A stretch of DNA of 64,000 nt from the human T2T-CHM13v2.0 reference genome, Homo sapiens, in assembly GCF_009914755.1 (NCBI RefSeq), contig NC_060931.1; one strand, given 5' to 3'. Below, piece by piece: positions 27,284 through 44,508 of the stretch. Both the position numbers and the translations under genes were made by a program. The notes under the pieces are model-generated. The model was not told the DNA's origin. It ran no database searches and was given only the letters and a program-made list of their open reading frames with translations. The number at the start of each line of letters is the position of its first letter. Position 1 is the stretch's first letter.

Positions 27284-27602
27284 TGATTGTGATCTCAGAG
27301 AGCTTTCACTGTTGGATCAGAGGCTGACTCCAGACTCCACCCCAGTGTTGCTGGGCCCTGTGGGCACCGACAGAGCAGTCCTTGCTGGCCTGACTCATAT
27401 TCCTGAGTCTCAGGGGTTCCTGTGCCACCAGAGAATGAGCTCCCCAAGTGTCAGTCACTTGGTTCAGTGCCTGTATCTTAAACTGGGCACCTTCAGCAAA
27501 AGTCCAGTGTGGAGCTATGTACCCTCCTGCCACAGCCCAGGATCTAGCACAGAGCTGGGTACTGTGCCATCATAAGCCTCCATAAAGACTGCTGTAGGCA
27601 TC

Positions 27603-28002
27603 GCAGTGCAGATGGCAGGACTGTGCCTGGGCTGCAGGCGCACATTTGCTGGGTGTGTGCAGTGCAGATTGCAGGGCTGTGCCCGGGATGCAGGCACACA
27701 TTTACCAGGTGTGTGCAGTGTGGATGGCAGGGCTGTGCCTGGGCTGCAGGTACACATTTACCAGGTCTGTGCAGTGTGGGTGGCAGGACTGTGCCCAGGC
27801 TGCAGGTACACATTTACCAGGTGCGTGCAGTGTGAATGGCAGGGCTGTCATGGGCCGCAGCTGCACATGTACTGGGTGTGCACAGTGTGGATGGCAGGGC
27901 TGTGCCTGGGCTGCCGGTACACATTTACCAGGTGTGTGCAGTGTGGATTGCAGGGCTGTGCCTGAGCTGCAGGTGCACATTTGCCAGGTGTGTGCAGTGT
28001 AG
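27603..28002. repeat. Minisatellite, 56-bp unit x ~7.1
   Basis: Consensus GCAGTGTGGATGGCAGGGCTGTGCCTGGGCTGCAGGTACACATTTACCAGGTGTGT; unit starts at 27603, 27659, 27715, 27771, 27827, 27882, 27938 and 27994. Confidence 0.95.
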
Positions 28003-29497
28003 ATTTCAAGACTCAGAGAGGAGACAGCCAGTTCCTGTCCTGCCTGAGGGTCGGGCAGGGGTAACCATCTAAGACCCTGGGCATCTTCCCCAGCCTGGGC
28101 GATTCTCCAAGCCATCGCTTTTCAGCAGGACTGCCAGCAGGGCATCTGTCATGTTCGTCCACCAGCATCATAGCCTGTTTTGGGGAGAAGTAGTATTTCC
28201 ACACCCCACTCAGGCTGATAGCATTTGAGGAAGAAGAGAAAGAGGGGCTTTTGGGTTTTCTGGTTTCCTTTCTGAAGGTGAACCTGTCACTGGTGAAAAA
28301 AATGGTGTTTTTTTTTTTTTTTTTGGACCAAGAAAGCGGCCTTGGCCTCCAGTGCCAGAGCAGGCTCTGGCTGGGGCAGAGGATCCTGGAGAGGATGCTA
28401 TGCTGTGTTGGGCGGGAAGTCACTTCCTCCCTCCAAACATAGGTGTCCAGTTCTCTCTTCCTCCCTTTGTCAAGTAGGAGCTGTTATGCCAAGGGCAGGC
28501 AAGAAACAGGCCCCTGAGTGCTCAGTTTCATGGCCGGGCTTTGAAGCAGGAGTTTCCTCTTGGCCCTCAGGCCACACTTCTGTAGGGTGCCTCTGCAGCA
28601 TTTCCCTCCTTGGGCAGGAGCCTGGCTTGCAGAGGACAGACAGCAGGAAGAATGCTGGCCTCCCCCATGCCACCAGATCCTGTCCCAAGGCCAGCAGGAG
28701 GGGAGGGGAAGCAATCTGATCACTGGAGCAGGAGGGGCCAGCTCTGGAGTCCACATGGCTGTGGCTGGGCTGTGCTTCTAGAAGCAGCAGCTCTTGCCGC
28801 CTCTCTCTAGGGATTTTTGTCTTTCTTTTAAAAACTTTTTTTTAACCTTCTTTTTTAAGACAGGGTCTTGCTATGTTGCGCAGGCTGGTCTCAAATTCCT
28901 AGGCTCAAGTGATTCTCCTGCCTCAGCCTCCCAAAGTGATGGGATTGCAGGCATGAGCCAGTACACCTGGCTGAATTTTATCTTTCCTACCAGCCTTTTC
29001 ATATGAGCTGAGCCTGCAGGCTGTGCCTAAGCATAGCCCTTTGAACTTGATAGACTGCGAGCTTGGAAAGACTCCTTTGCAGTCTGAGTCCTCTGGCAAA
29101 TACACTAGCTTGGTTAAGTGGACTTTTCTTTGATTGATGTTGGCTGCATCTAGAAAGCAGGATTGCCACCACTCCTTGAAGCACCCTATGATTAGAGTGT
29201 CTGAGTGCTGCTTCTGCTCTGCTGAGGCTGTTGACAAATTGCCTGAAAAGACCCCCTGTCAGAGGATGATGGGCTCGTCTGCAGCAGGGCCACTTGCAGC
29301 CCAATTGCTTCCAAGATTAAACCTTTCCAAAGCGGTCTGCACTGCCCGGTACACAGTTGGGCCACTGGTTTAAGATTACAGATGAAGGTACTGAATTGGA
29401 TCTCATTTAAAAATATATAGGTTTTAAAGTTTGAGGGCTCAGGAAGAAAATGAAATCCTTTGTCCCAAACCAGGGCCTGGTTTTGTCAGTGGTGCGT

Positions 29498-29501
<4 letters not shown>

Positions 29502-29541
<40 letters not shown>
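29502..29541. repeat. (TG)n microsatellite
   Basis: About 20 uninterrupted GT units. Confidence 0.97.
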
Positions 29542-29542
<1 letters not shown>

Positions 29543-29545
29543 CTA

Positions 29546-29839
<294 letters not shown>

Positions 29840-30953
29840 TCAAAAAAAAAAAAAGAGAGAGAGAGAGACCCTAGTTTAGCTCTTTTGGAAAGCAACTGCC
29901 CTGCATTAGGCTTGTTTCTGGATGCTAGCACTAAAATAGCAATCAGACTCTGCATGCCTCTCACAGGCAACTTGTCCACAAAACCACTTCCAAATGTTTT
30001 CCCAAGTGCATGTGTCTGACCCAGGCTTCTTTCTCACCCACCTCCTGTGGAAGGAAGATTGCATCTTGAGTTCTAAAGATTTTTAAACAATTTCATACTT
30101 GCAGACCAATGTGTATATTTTATGTCCATTGACATTGGAAAACATTCTTGTCTAATCAATCACTCTGGCCCAGCTTTAGATTTCTCCAGAAATAACCAGA
30201 TCCTGTGGGCACCTTGAGGCTGCAGCCCATTGTGCAGAATTGCTTAATGTGTACCTCATCTGGTTTTTGCCTTCATGCTATTGTTGGTCCCTCAGTAAAA
30301 TGTTCATTTGGTTGGGTTTTATGTGCAAGAATGCTGGTGGGTTGGGTGAGTGTTAGTATTTAAGGGAAGGCCTGTTTTGTTTTCTTTTGTTTTGTTTTGT
30401 TTTTAAGAGTTAGGATCTCACTTTGTCACCTAGGCTGAAGTGCAGTGGTGCAATCATAGCTCACTGCAGCCTCAAACTCTTGGGCTCAGGGGACCCTCTC
30501 ACCTCACCCTCCCTGATTAGATGGGACTACAGTGGGTGCACATCACCATGTCCAGCTAATACTTTTTATTTTTATTTTTGTAGAGGTGGGGTCTTGCTTT
30601 GTTGCCCAGGCTGGTCTTGAACTCATGGGCCTCAAGTAATCATCTCACCTTGGCCTCCCAAAGCATTAGGATTACAGGCATGAGTCACCATGCCTGGCCT
30701 GATTTGCTTCTGACTAGTGTCCTGCATTTATTAAAGACCCTAGATCACTCCTGGTGTTCTAAAAATAACCAAGCCCACCTATCTGCCTTCTAGACATGGG
30801 CTGGAGGGCCTGCCACGAGCATCCTTGGGTATTCCCAATAGCCCTAATTAACCCAGGCTGACTTACAATTCCTCCCTCTCTTAACCAAAATTATGTTGAA
30901 TTTTTGTGTTCCTTGTCTTTTAACTGAAAAGCTCTTGTTTATTTGTTATTTAA

Positions 30954-31190
<237 letters not shown>

Positions 31191-31739
31191 TGATCCACTC
31201 GCCTCAGCCTCCCAAAGTGCTGGGATTACAGGCATGAGCCAACACGCCCGGCCCTGTTTGGCATTTTTAATGCCCTATTACCATTATTTGCACTTATTCT
31301 TTTGCAGAATTTCAGCACCAGGTGGTGAGGATGTTCCTTCTGGCCATGCACGTGCAGGACACACAACAGGCACTTGATAAGTGTGTGCTGAGCAAAACTC
31401 ACTTCTTCCTTCTGGCCACATTCATCACAGGTGTACTCAAAGCAGCAAGAGCTTGCCCCAGCTCAGAAGTGCTTAGTTGCTAATTAGCTGTTTTCACAAA
31501 GATACTGAAATTGGAGACATCAGTGTTCATCCTTTAGCCATAGCATTGGAAAAATATGAATGATTTACAACTGTGACTAAAAAGGTGTTTAGAGAACTGT
31601 TCTATGTAAAGCAAGACAGTAAGCTGGGCGTGGTGGCTCAAGCTGGTAATCCCAGCCGAGGCGGGTAGGTTGCTTGAGCTCAGGAGTTCTGGACCAGCCT
31701 GGGCAACATAATGAGACCCCATCTCTACAAAAATATTTA

Positions 31740-31988
<249 letters not shown>

Positions 31989-32458
31989 TCACTTCTTGCA
32001 TGGATGGCTTTGGGACTTGGGTGGGTTTTTTGCTCCACAGTACTTTTCACCCTGTATTTTCTCATAGGTTTTGCCCCACTAGAGCTTTATGTAGAGATTG
32101 GGGCTCTCAGGTCCCATATGGAACTTACTAGCGAGAGTTCCAAGTGGCAAGTCCCTTTCCTGCCCCGGCATTGGTACAAGGCTGCCTTGCTGTTGGACCA
32201 CAATACTCCAAGAGTCCAGCTCCCCTGTTTGCTCAAGTCTGAAGCAAGGTCCCACTTGGGAGTTACAGATCAGAGTCCTTTGATGTCAGAGCATCACAGC
32301 GGAATTCTAGGCCACCCCGGCAGTGAGTGCTCTCTGCAGATCTGCGAGCGGTGCTGGTCCGCCCCACCACCTCCACCCCTAGCACCGTATCTGTGTGATT
32401 AAAGCTGTGACCTCCCCCTTGGGTGGAAGCCTTCCAGTCCTTGGAATGAGAATCTTAG

Positions 32459-32614
<156 letters not shown>

Positions 32615-33542
32615 TGAGTAGCTGGGACTACAGGCACCCACCACCACACCCGGCTCATTTTTATATTTTTGGTAGAGACACAATTTCACCATGTTGGCCA
32701 GGCTGATCTCAAACTCCTGACCTCAGGTGATCTGCCTGCCTCAGCCTCCCAAAGTGCTGGGATTACAGGTGTGAGTCACCGTGCCTGGCCCAGAGGGACT
32801 CTTGGAGAGAGGCTCCTTGATCCCACAAGGGGCAGGGGTCTCTGGCAAGGCACAGCCCATCCCACCAGGCCCAGCACCTGGTGCTGACCACCCCCCCAAC
32901 CCACCCCACTGTTCTGTTGTCAGAATGTGTTGTTTTCTTGTACATAAACAATATGACAATAAAGGGAGGTTACTCAGTAAAGGGAGCTGCTCAGAAGGTG
33001 ACCAGAGCAGGGCTGGAGAGCCAGCCTGGCATTCACTGTTTGCTTTATTGCAAGGCCACTTGGAATTAGAGGGGATCTCAGATTCGAGTCTGAGCTGGAG
33101 GTAGGAAGGGGCCCCTGCACCTTGGATAGAACTCGGGCTCTCCCCGGGGTTAGGGGCCTGGGCTCTGGTGCAGCCCCACCACTTCATTAGGTCACCCCAG
33201 GCAGTTTCAGCCTCAGATTTCTCATCCCCGGGATGGCATGTTTGCAGCCTCGTGGCCTGCTATGGGCATTGAATGAGATGTGTTTGTGAGGCAGTAAGGC
33301 AGCCAAGATGTCACTTACATGAAACTTACATTGCAACCCCAGTTTTAGCATGATGTGGGATATTAAGTATTACCGTCTCCTTGAATACTCCCAGTCAGCA
33401 GTTCGCTTCATGTTACAAGATGTTTAGTTCTAGGCTGGGCCTGTAATCCCTGCACTTTGGGAGGCCAAGGTGGGAGGATCACTTGAGGCCAGGGGTTCAG
33501 AACAACCCTGGGCAACATAGTGAGACCCCTGTCTCTACAAAC

Positions 33543-33620
33543 TATAAATATTATATATATATAACATATATATAAAATATAAATATATAACATATATATA
33601 ATATAAATATATAAAATATA
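33543..33620. repeat. AT-rich (TA)n-like tract at the end of an Alu monomer
   Basis: TATAAATATTATATATATATAACATATATATAAAATAT... Confidence 0.9.
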
Positions 33621-36264
33621 AGGCATGACCTTCCTAAAGCAGACCCTGGTCCGGTCTCTGTACACCTTTTGCATAGTTGGTGGCCATCCAACCCCCTCTC
33701 AGGCTGTGGCTGTGTTCCTCCAGGGGCCTCGGTGGTCCAGGAGCCTGGCCAAGCTGGCTCCCTCTCCCACGTGGCTTACTCCATCAGCTTCACCTTGTTT
33801 ATATCTCTGGATCTCCTCTTTTTTCTTTCTGTTTGTGTCTTGTCTCTTTCTGGAAAGCCCCTTACCTCTACTCACCCCTCTGTGTGCAAACATCACCCAG
33901 TTCAGGTGCCCCCAACCCAGCCAGGAGGGGTTTTCATTCCTTAGGCTCCCATCGTAGGCTAGCTGTGCCTGTCTTTCAGCACATTTCATTTCCTGCCTGG
34001 TATTTCAGTCGTGTGTGTGTCTTCATTCTCCTCATGTAAGCCTTGAGGTGCGGAGTGCATGCCTGTTCACCTCTGCCCTCTCTAGAGGTCAGAATATGAC
34101 CAGTGTTCAGCCCCCATCGGAAAGAGCCCAAGAACCCCAAGTCCCCAGCCTGTTCTGCTCTGCTGTGGGCCCACATGCCTGGAGACGAGGCACCTTTCCT
34201 TCCCTGACATTGACTAGTACAGGATACAGGGTAGAACCCAAACATTGAGCAATTGTCAAACTGCCTACTTATGATGAACAAAATAGCTTTTCAGAAGGTG
34301 AGATCACAGTACGGTTATGGTGAATCCTGACTCGCACCTCAGGTCTTTCATCAGGATTTTTGTTTTTCCTGGTTGGCACAGATGTGCGTGGAGCAGATCA
34401 GAGGCCTCTCAGGTTCTTGATCACTCATGGCAAATTCAGGCCCACCAGGAGCGAGGTGAGAGATCCAGACAGCAGGGGAGAGAAGGGAGGTGCAGGGAAC
34501 CCTCAGCCCCACATGCTCCAGCAGGTCTGTGTGATTAACCTGAATTGCAGCATTCAGAGGCTCGGCCCACCAGCCATGGCGGTTCCAGATGAAATGCAGC
34601 TTAGAAGGCAGTGTGGCATAGTAGCTTTGGTGCCAGCTGCTCCCAGAGTTTGGATTGTAGCCAAATGGCATCAGGTGCAATGTACAACCTCTGGGAGTTC
34701 CAGATTTCCTATTTACATGACAGGGATGATTCCATACCTGAAGGGCTGTTTGGAAGCATCTAGAAACAAGCACAGTGAAGTGGCTGTCATGACACTGGAC
34801 GCACAAATGATGGTGTTAGGATCCCTCCACGGATGTAGCCAGGTGACACCCCTCACCTGGGCCGCACAGCACCCTAATGTATGCACTGAAGAAAGGCTGC
34901 ATGGGGCTGCAAAGTAGCTCATTTCTAAGAACGCCAAAGAAATTGCTCAGTCCAGACCAGGGAGCCCAGCCTCTCTTTTAGAGGTGGGATCTTGCTATGT
35001 TGCTCAGACTGTTCTCAAACTCCTGACCTCAAGTGATCCTCCCACCTTGGCCACCCAAAGTGCTGAGATTCCAGGCATGAGCCACTGCACCCAACCTGTA
35101 GCCTCTTTCTACAAGTAAAATGATTCAAGTGAGTTCAGGCCCATGCCAGGTCTCAAACCCTGGCACTCTGTCCATCTTCCAGCTTCCACTCCTTCTCTCT
35201 CATTACAGGATCTCCTGTCCTTCTGCACACCAGGGTGGCAGACAGCTTGGCCAACTGCCTTGGACTTCTTTATCTCTAGCACATGTTCCTGTAAATTTAA
35301 ACCTCCTCAGTTGGGTAAAAGCTTTGGAAATACTAACATTCCTTTTGTGCTGCCTAATGTTCCTGCCATTTAAAATATTAGCAGGCATAATTTCAGTAAG
35401 CCTTCATGACTGGCATGCGTCACTTCTTAATCTCTGGTTGGTACATGTTAAAATATAAAGACAGCCTCTCCAGGACACATGGGGAGCTTGCAAACGAAAG
35501 GTTGCTCTGACCTCTCAGAAGAGTGGACTTCTTAAAAAAGAAAGAGTGAGGTGGGCAGCCTCCCTTGCTGCCAGTGCTAGATTCTGTGATATGAAACAGC
35601 AAGGTGCAGCTGGATGCGGTGGCTCACACCTGTAATCCCAGCACTTTGGGAGGCTGGGGTGGACAGATCACCTGAGGTCAGGAGTTCGAGACCAGCCTGG
35701 CCAACATGGTGAAAACCCTTCTCTACTAAAAATACAAAAAATTAGCCGGGCATGGTGGTGCATGCCTGTAGCCCCAGCTACTCAGGAGGCTGAAGCAGGA
35801 GAATCACTTGAACCCGGAGGTGGAGGTTGCAGTGACCCAAGATCATGCCACTGTACTCCAGCCTGGGCGACAGAGCAAGAAGACTCCTTCTCAAAAAAAA
35901 AGAAAAAAATGACTTGCACATGTGCTTATGTAAGAAAGTGAGATTCACTGAGTGAACCATACATAGCATCTCTTAAAACTGTATCATGGAATTCATGATC
36001 AGGCATCTCCTCTATATCAGGCAACAAACAGGTGATATACACACTTGTATCTTCCCAGAAAGGGAAGGAAGGTAGTAGAGATGACATCGTCAGTTACTTG
36101 TTTGTATGTGTGTGTGCATATTTAACTTATTGTGTGTCTGTGTGCATAGGGACATGTCACTGCATGTGAGGGACATTTATAGGATCTGAGCTCAGGTGCC
36201 CCTTCCCCAAAGGAGGCTTCTCTGCTGTTTAGGGACAGGTCTGCCTCTTTATTTCTTTCTCTTT

Positions 36265-36990
<726 letters not shown>

Positions 36991-37652
36991 GTCTGCCTCT
37001 TAAACTCCCTTCACACCATGTGCCCCTTCTGCAACACCGGCCACAGGTAAGTGTGGTGGTGATTTGACTCATGTCTCACCCGCCACTCAACAGAAGCCCA
37101 GGAGGCACAGTAGCCTGTGGTCTCTGCTCATGATTGAAAGAGCCCCTGAAACAGGGCCAGAAGGCCCAAAATAGCCACTCAACAAACATCTGTCGAATAA
37201 ATGGAAGTCATATGCGTCATTCCAAGTCTTTGCTATTCTTCGAAAAGTAATCATACTGACTCCAGGCTACAGTGAGCTATGATCACGCCATTGCACTCCA
37301 GCCTGGATGACAGAGCAAGACCTTGTTTCTTAAAAAGAAAATAATTATATTGACTACCTAATATGTGATTGTATTGCTTTAGTAGAATTCTCTAATAAGT
37401 ACTCCCATGGTGTCAGAATCCACATTGTTTCTAGATTTCTCTGTTCTAAACACATGCTGAACATTCTTGTGAATAAATCTCTGCCTACATCTCTGATTAT
37501 TCTTATGGATAGACTCCTGAAAGTATGAAGAGGAAGGATTCATCTGCATTCTGATTTTAAATAGCCCATTTGTCTAAATGTTAGTAGGGCCTAAGATCTG
37601 GAATAAATGACACAGTGGCAAAAGTCAGAGTCACCCCTCCTGGTTGGTTTCA

Positions 37653-37856
<204 letters not shown>

Positions 37857-38751
37857 CTACTAAAAATACAAAAATTAGCTGGGCAGGGTTGTGGGTGCCT
37901 GTAATCCTAGCTACTCCAGAGGCTGAGGCAGGAGAATCACTTGAACACAGGAGGCAGAATTTTCAGTGAGCCGAGATCACTCCACTGCACTCCAGCCTGG
38001 GCAACAAGGGGAGACTCCATCTCAAAAAAAAGAAAAAAGAAGTTAGCTTGGTGATGAGTCTGGGAAGAGAATCTCTTTATTCATTCATTCAATCTGCAAG
38101 TATTCACTGAGGGTCTGCCCTGAACCTAGCACCATCCATGGCCCCAGGAATAGAATGGAGAAAAGTACATCTCCTTAAGTGTCTCCTAGAAATGGAGACC
38201 TCACCACTCTCGCTAAGACATAGCTCTCTGAAGGCAGGGACTGTGACTGTCTCATTCACTGCTCATAGTAAACGCTCAAATGGTTTTTGAATAAATTAAA
38301 ACATAATACATGGGGCAGGCACAGTGGCTCATGCCTGTAATCCCAGCACTTTGGTAGGCCAAGATGGGTGGATCACCTGAGGTCAGGAGTTTGAGACTAG
38401 CCGGGCCAACATGGAGAAACCCTGTCTCTTCTAAAAAATACAAAAATTAGCCAGGTGTCATGGCACACACCTGTAATCCCAGCTACTCAGAGGCCGAGGC
38501 ACGAGAATTGTTTGAGCTGGGGAGATGGAGGTTGCAGTGAGCCAAGATCTCACCATTGCACTCCAGCCTGGGCAACAGAGTGAGACTCTATCTCAGGAAA
38601 ATAAAAAATAAAAATAAATAAAATATAATATGTGTAACATGTGGTTCCTCTCCTTGACAAATTCCAAATCTATTGATGTATAGATACCTCAATAAATTAC
38701 AGCTGTATTTTCAAAGTTCTGAAATGTAACTAGAGATTTGTTTATTTTTGA

Positions 38752-38904
<153 letters not shown>

Positions 38905-39500
38905 TAATTTTTTTTTTATAGAGCAGGAGTCTCCCTATGTTGCCTAGACTGGTCTTGAATTCCTGGCCTCAAGAAATCCTCCTGTCTGGTGCTCCCAACA
39001 TACTGGGATTACAGGTGTGAGCTGCTGTGCCCAGTCAGAGGTTTTGACATGAGCAGTTACTGAGAAAGGGATCTGGAAGAGTATTTTGAAATCAGACATA
39101 AAGTCAAATTAGACTTATTTAAGAGAATTAACCAATGGAGCCTGAGTTTGGCTTCTCCCATTTCCCACCACTGATCCCCTGGCCACGTGGAGTCCTGCAG
39201 GAAATCCCTGTGCCAGTTGGGCTAGCCCAGGACACATGGCTTTGGAGACCGGGCAGGCAGATGCCAGCCCAGGCACTGGAGCTGGTGCTTGCATGCCCCT
39301 CTCAGTGGGATATCTGATCCCCAGATGCCAGATGCCAGTGTCCTGTCTGAGCTGCCCCTGGGGCCACACACAGGATCTCAGAGTGGACAAACAGCCTTGC
39401 CCTTGACAATGAAAAGTTCTCAGCTCTGAGACCAGAAGAAGCCTTAGTGCAAACATTTCTCAAAGTTTCAGTCTCTTAAAATTGGTGACTATGGAGAGCT

Positions 39501-39517
39501 TGTGTGTGTGTGTGTGT

Positions 39518-39548
<31 letters not shown>
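39501..39548. repeat. (TG)n microsatellite, one interruption
   Basis: TG run with a single TA. Confidence 0.95.
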
Positions 39549-39549
<1 letters not shown>

Positions 39550-39559
39550 TGTATCTCTC

Positions 39560-39801
39560 AGTATTGTCTGTGTTAGACATGAAAGCTGAGGAGTCTGCAA
39601 AGCACAGGAACACACACACACACGAGTCACTGGTGTCAGAGTGAGGCTATCATCACACATCACAGCCATCTAGAAAACTCCACGGTACACTTGCGGAAGA
39701 AGGCGAGGTAAAGGCAAGTAACAAGAGTAGTTTTGACCTTGTGTGCCCTTGAAAGGATCTAGGGAGCTGGGAGTCCCCAGACCCTGCTTTGAGGATCACT
39801 G
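39560..39801. mobile_element. hAT-Charlie DNA transposon remnant (MER119-like)
   Basis: GAAAACTCCACGGTACACTTG..TAGTTTTGACCTTGTG..CCCCAGACCCTGCTTTGAGGATCACTG resembles a Charlie-family MITE terminus; subfamily from memory. Confidence 0.55.
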
Positions 39802-39968
39802 GCTTAGAGGCATTGGCATCCAGGCTCCGCCAGTGCTCCTGAGCCGTGGCCATGTGCTGCCAGATTGCGGCCTCTGTGCAGTTCAGATCTTCCTTTCTTC
39901 CAAGTCCTTTGCACCATCCTCAGCCTTTATCCTCCTCGGTCCACATTTGGGCATTACAACTTAGATAA

Positions 39969-40178
<210 letters not shown>

Positions 40179-40239
40179 TAGTAGAGATGGGGTTTCACCA
40201 TTTTGGCCAGGCTGGTCTTGAACTCCTGACCTCAGGTGA

Positions 40240-40494
<255 letters not shown>

Positions 40495-41345
40495 TGAAAG
40501 CCACAGCATCAGCATTGGAGACTTTCTGCCAGGACACAGAACGTGTCTTAAATAGCACAAAGACATTTAAATGGGAAGAAATTACAGCAGGAGTGAGTTT
40601 ATCCCTTTCAAGATACTCTTATTTAATAACCAAAAAACTCACATAGATGTTCATTTTATCCAACTACAAAAACAGCATGGTGGGTTATATATTGTGGTAA
40701 CTACATGTTTGGGGTTTTATTCCTCCTTTAAACCAGATTTCTATTATTTCAGAAAATCAGCCATTGTAGAAAAAGACTATTCATTTATTTCATTTCTGGG
40801 TGGCCCATACACTGTAAAAATAGGTCAAGAACAGTAATCTAAATTGACTGCTGATAAATAATTAAAGCTAATAGAATTTTTCTCAGACCTGTGAACTAAA
40901 ATCTTTGAGAAATTGCCAGGACATACTTACTGTCTCCTGTTGTATAGAAAGATATTTTTTTATTTAATACTTCAGTTTCAATGCCATTTAAAATTACCAT
41001 TTTCTATCACAAGCACTGGAAGGAATATGTGTTCATCTATAAAAGTAACCAGAGGAACGACGCCGCACTGATGGCTATATGGTACATCTTCAGATGAGAT
41101 GGGAAGTGACGGTTTCGGTATCCTGGACAAAAGAAACTTCGTTTTTCACTGAACTGCATTTTAAGTCGAGGTCTACAGTCTGCATATCACATAATATATA
41201 CTGTCTTGTTTTTAAAGACTCTGTACTTGGTCTAAGCTCTTACATTGATAAGGGAAACTTACAGCTATCTTACATGACATCCAGGAAAACAAATACTATG
41301 AACATCTTTTTTTCACCAGTAATTACTGTTCTCTCATTGGTGCTA

Positions 41346-41885
<540 letters not shown>

Positions 41886-42572
41886 TCAGGGCATCACCCC
41901 AGGCAGGAGAGGTCTGAAACAGAAGGTGACAACTGAACAAGCCAAGCCACAGGGCCAGGTCCCTAAGGGTCCCTGCCTCTAGCATGGTTGGCAGCAACCT
42001 TGTGAGAGTCAGAATCGAGTCTTTCAGAAGTGACCCAATTCAGCCCTTCACTACCCCACCCTGCCCCAGTGCTCTTGGGAAGACTACATTGTCACCAAAG
42101 GAGAAAGGGTCCCACCCCTGAGCTGTCACTGGAGAGGATGGGGTACCACCAAGAGATGTTGCCCCTCTTAAATGCAGTTGGGCTTATTTCCCAGAAAGCA
42201 TCCAAGTTACTGTACAGTGAAAAAAACATTCAGAAAAATCTCGATTATCTGATTTTTTTTTTCAATTTAGAGACAGGGTCTTGCTCTATCACCCAGGCTG
42301 GAGTGCAGTGGCAGGGTCATAGCTCACTGCCATCCCAAACTCCTAGGTTCAAGCCATTCTCCCACCTCAGCCTCCAAAGTAGATAGGACTACAAGCCTAC
42401 ACCACCATGCTCGCTAATTTTTGTATTTTTTCTAGAGATGAGGTTTCACCATGTTGCCCAGGCTGGTCCTGAATGCCTGGGCTCAAGCAATCCTCCCACC
42501 TTGGCCTCCCAAAGTGCTGGGATTACATATGTGAGTCACCAAATAGTTTTTTTGTTTGTTTTTTGTTTTTGA

Positions 42573-42677
<105 letters not shown>

Positions 42678-42736
42678 TGAGTAGCTGGGATTATAGGCAT
42701 GCGCCACCACGCCTGGCTAATTTTGTATTTTTTTTA

Positions 42737-42950
42737 AGTCTCTGACTCTGAGCCTCCTGCCCTTCTCTTACAAGGAGCACTAGGATTACACCGGGCCCGC
42801 CTGGATAATCCAGGATCATCTCCTGACTCATGATCCCTAATGTAGTCCCATCTGCAAAAGCCCCTTTTACCATTGCAATCTAACGTATTCACAAGTGCCA
42901 GCTATGAGGATGTGGTTATCTCTGGAAAACTATTATTGGTGCTGACCAGA
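42737..42950 (-). mobile_element. MLT1 (ERVL-MaLR) LTR fragment
   Basis: GGATTACACCGGGCCCGCCTGGATAATCCAGGATCATCTCC..CATCTGCAAAAGCCCCTTTTACCA matches the MLT1C/D motif. Confidence 0.8.
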
Positions 42951-42960
42951 GATAGCCTTA

Positions 42961-43398
<438 letters not shown>

Positions 43399-43459
43399 TC
43401 ATTTAGAACAGTATATAGTTAACAGAGAAATTACAATGCTTCTTGACCAAATGTTTCTA

Positions 43460-43636
<177 letters not shown>

Positions 43637-43639
43637 CTA

Positions 43640-43765
<126 letters not shown>

Positions 43766-43825
43766 CTACACTCTACCCTAGGTGACAGAGCAAGACGCTG
43801 TCTCAAGAAAACAAAAACTTGCAGT

Positions 43826-44017
43826 ACAGGTCTGTCCTGTAGGTCCCTCTGTGATGATGGAAAAGTTCTGTATTTGCATGGTTGAAAGCAGTAGCCCCCA
43901 GTGCCAAGTGGCTACCGAATCCTTGAAATGTGGCTAGGGTAACTCAGAAACTGAATTTTCCAAATTTACTTAATTTTAACTAAGTTGTATTTAAATATAA
44001 ATAAGCACATATGGCTA
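43826..44017. mobile_element. MER3 hAT-Charlie MITE
   Basis: CTGTGATGATGGAAAAGTTCTGTAT..CTTGAAATGTGGCTAG..ACTGAATTTT..AATAAGCACATATGGCTA follows the MER3 consensus. Confidence 0.8.
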
Positions 44018-44343
44018 TATGTGTTGATATAGAATAAGAAGACTTCTTCACCTGGGTTCTTGAGATAAGTCGTACTTAGGAAGGCTCTGATAAAATAATT
44101 TGCAGAGTTTTATTTCTGAGGGCAAGGTCAGTAGCTTTCCTCAAGATTCTCAGAAGGCTTCATGAACCACAATGTAGGCCCAGTGTTGTGGCTCATGTCA
44201 GTAATTCCAACACTTTAGGAGGCTGAGTTGGGCAGGTTACCTGTGGTCAGGAGTTTGAGACCAGCCTTGCAAAACCCTGCCTCTACTAGAAATACAAAAA
44301 TTAGCTGGGCATGGTGGTGGGCACCTGTAGTCCCAGCTACTCA

Positions 44344-44508
<165 letters not shown>

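Noticed and set aside
27603-28002. CRISPR-like array or Cys-rich repeat protein
   Set aside because: The units are contiguous with no unique spacers in a primate context; the ORFs are open in several frames simply because of the repeat.
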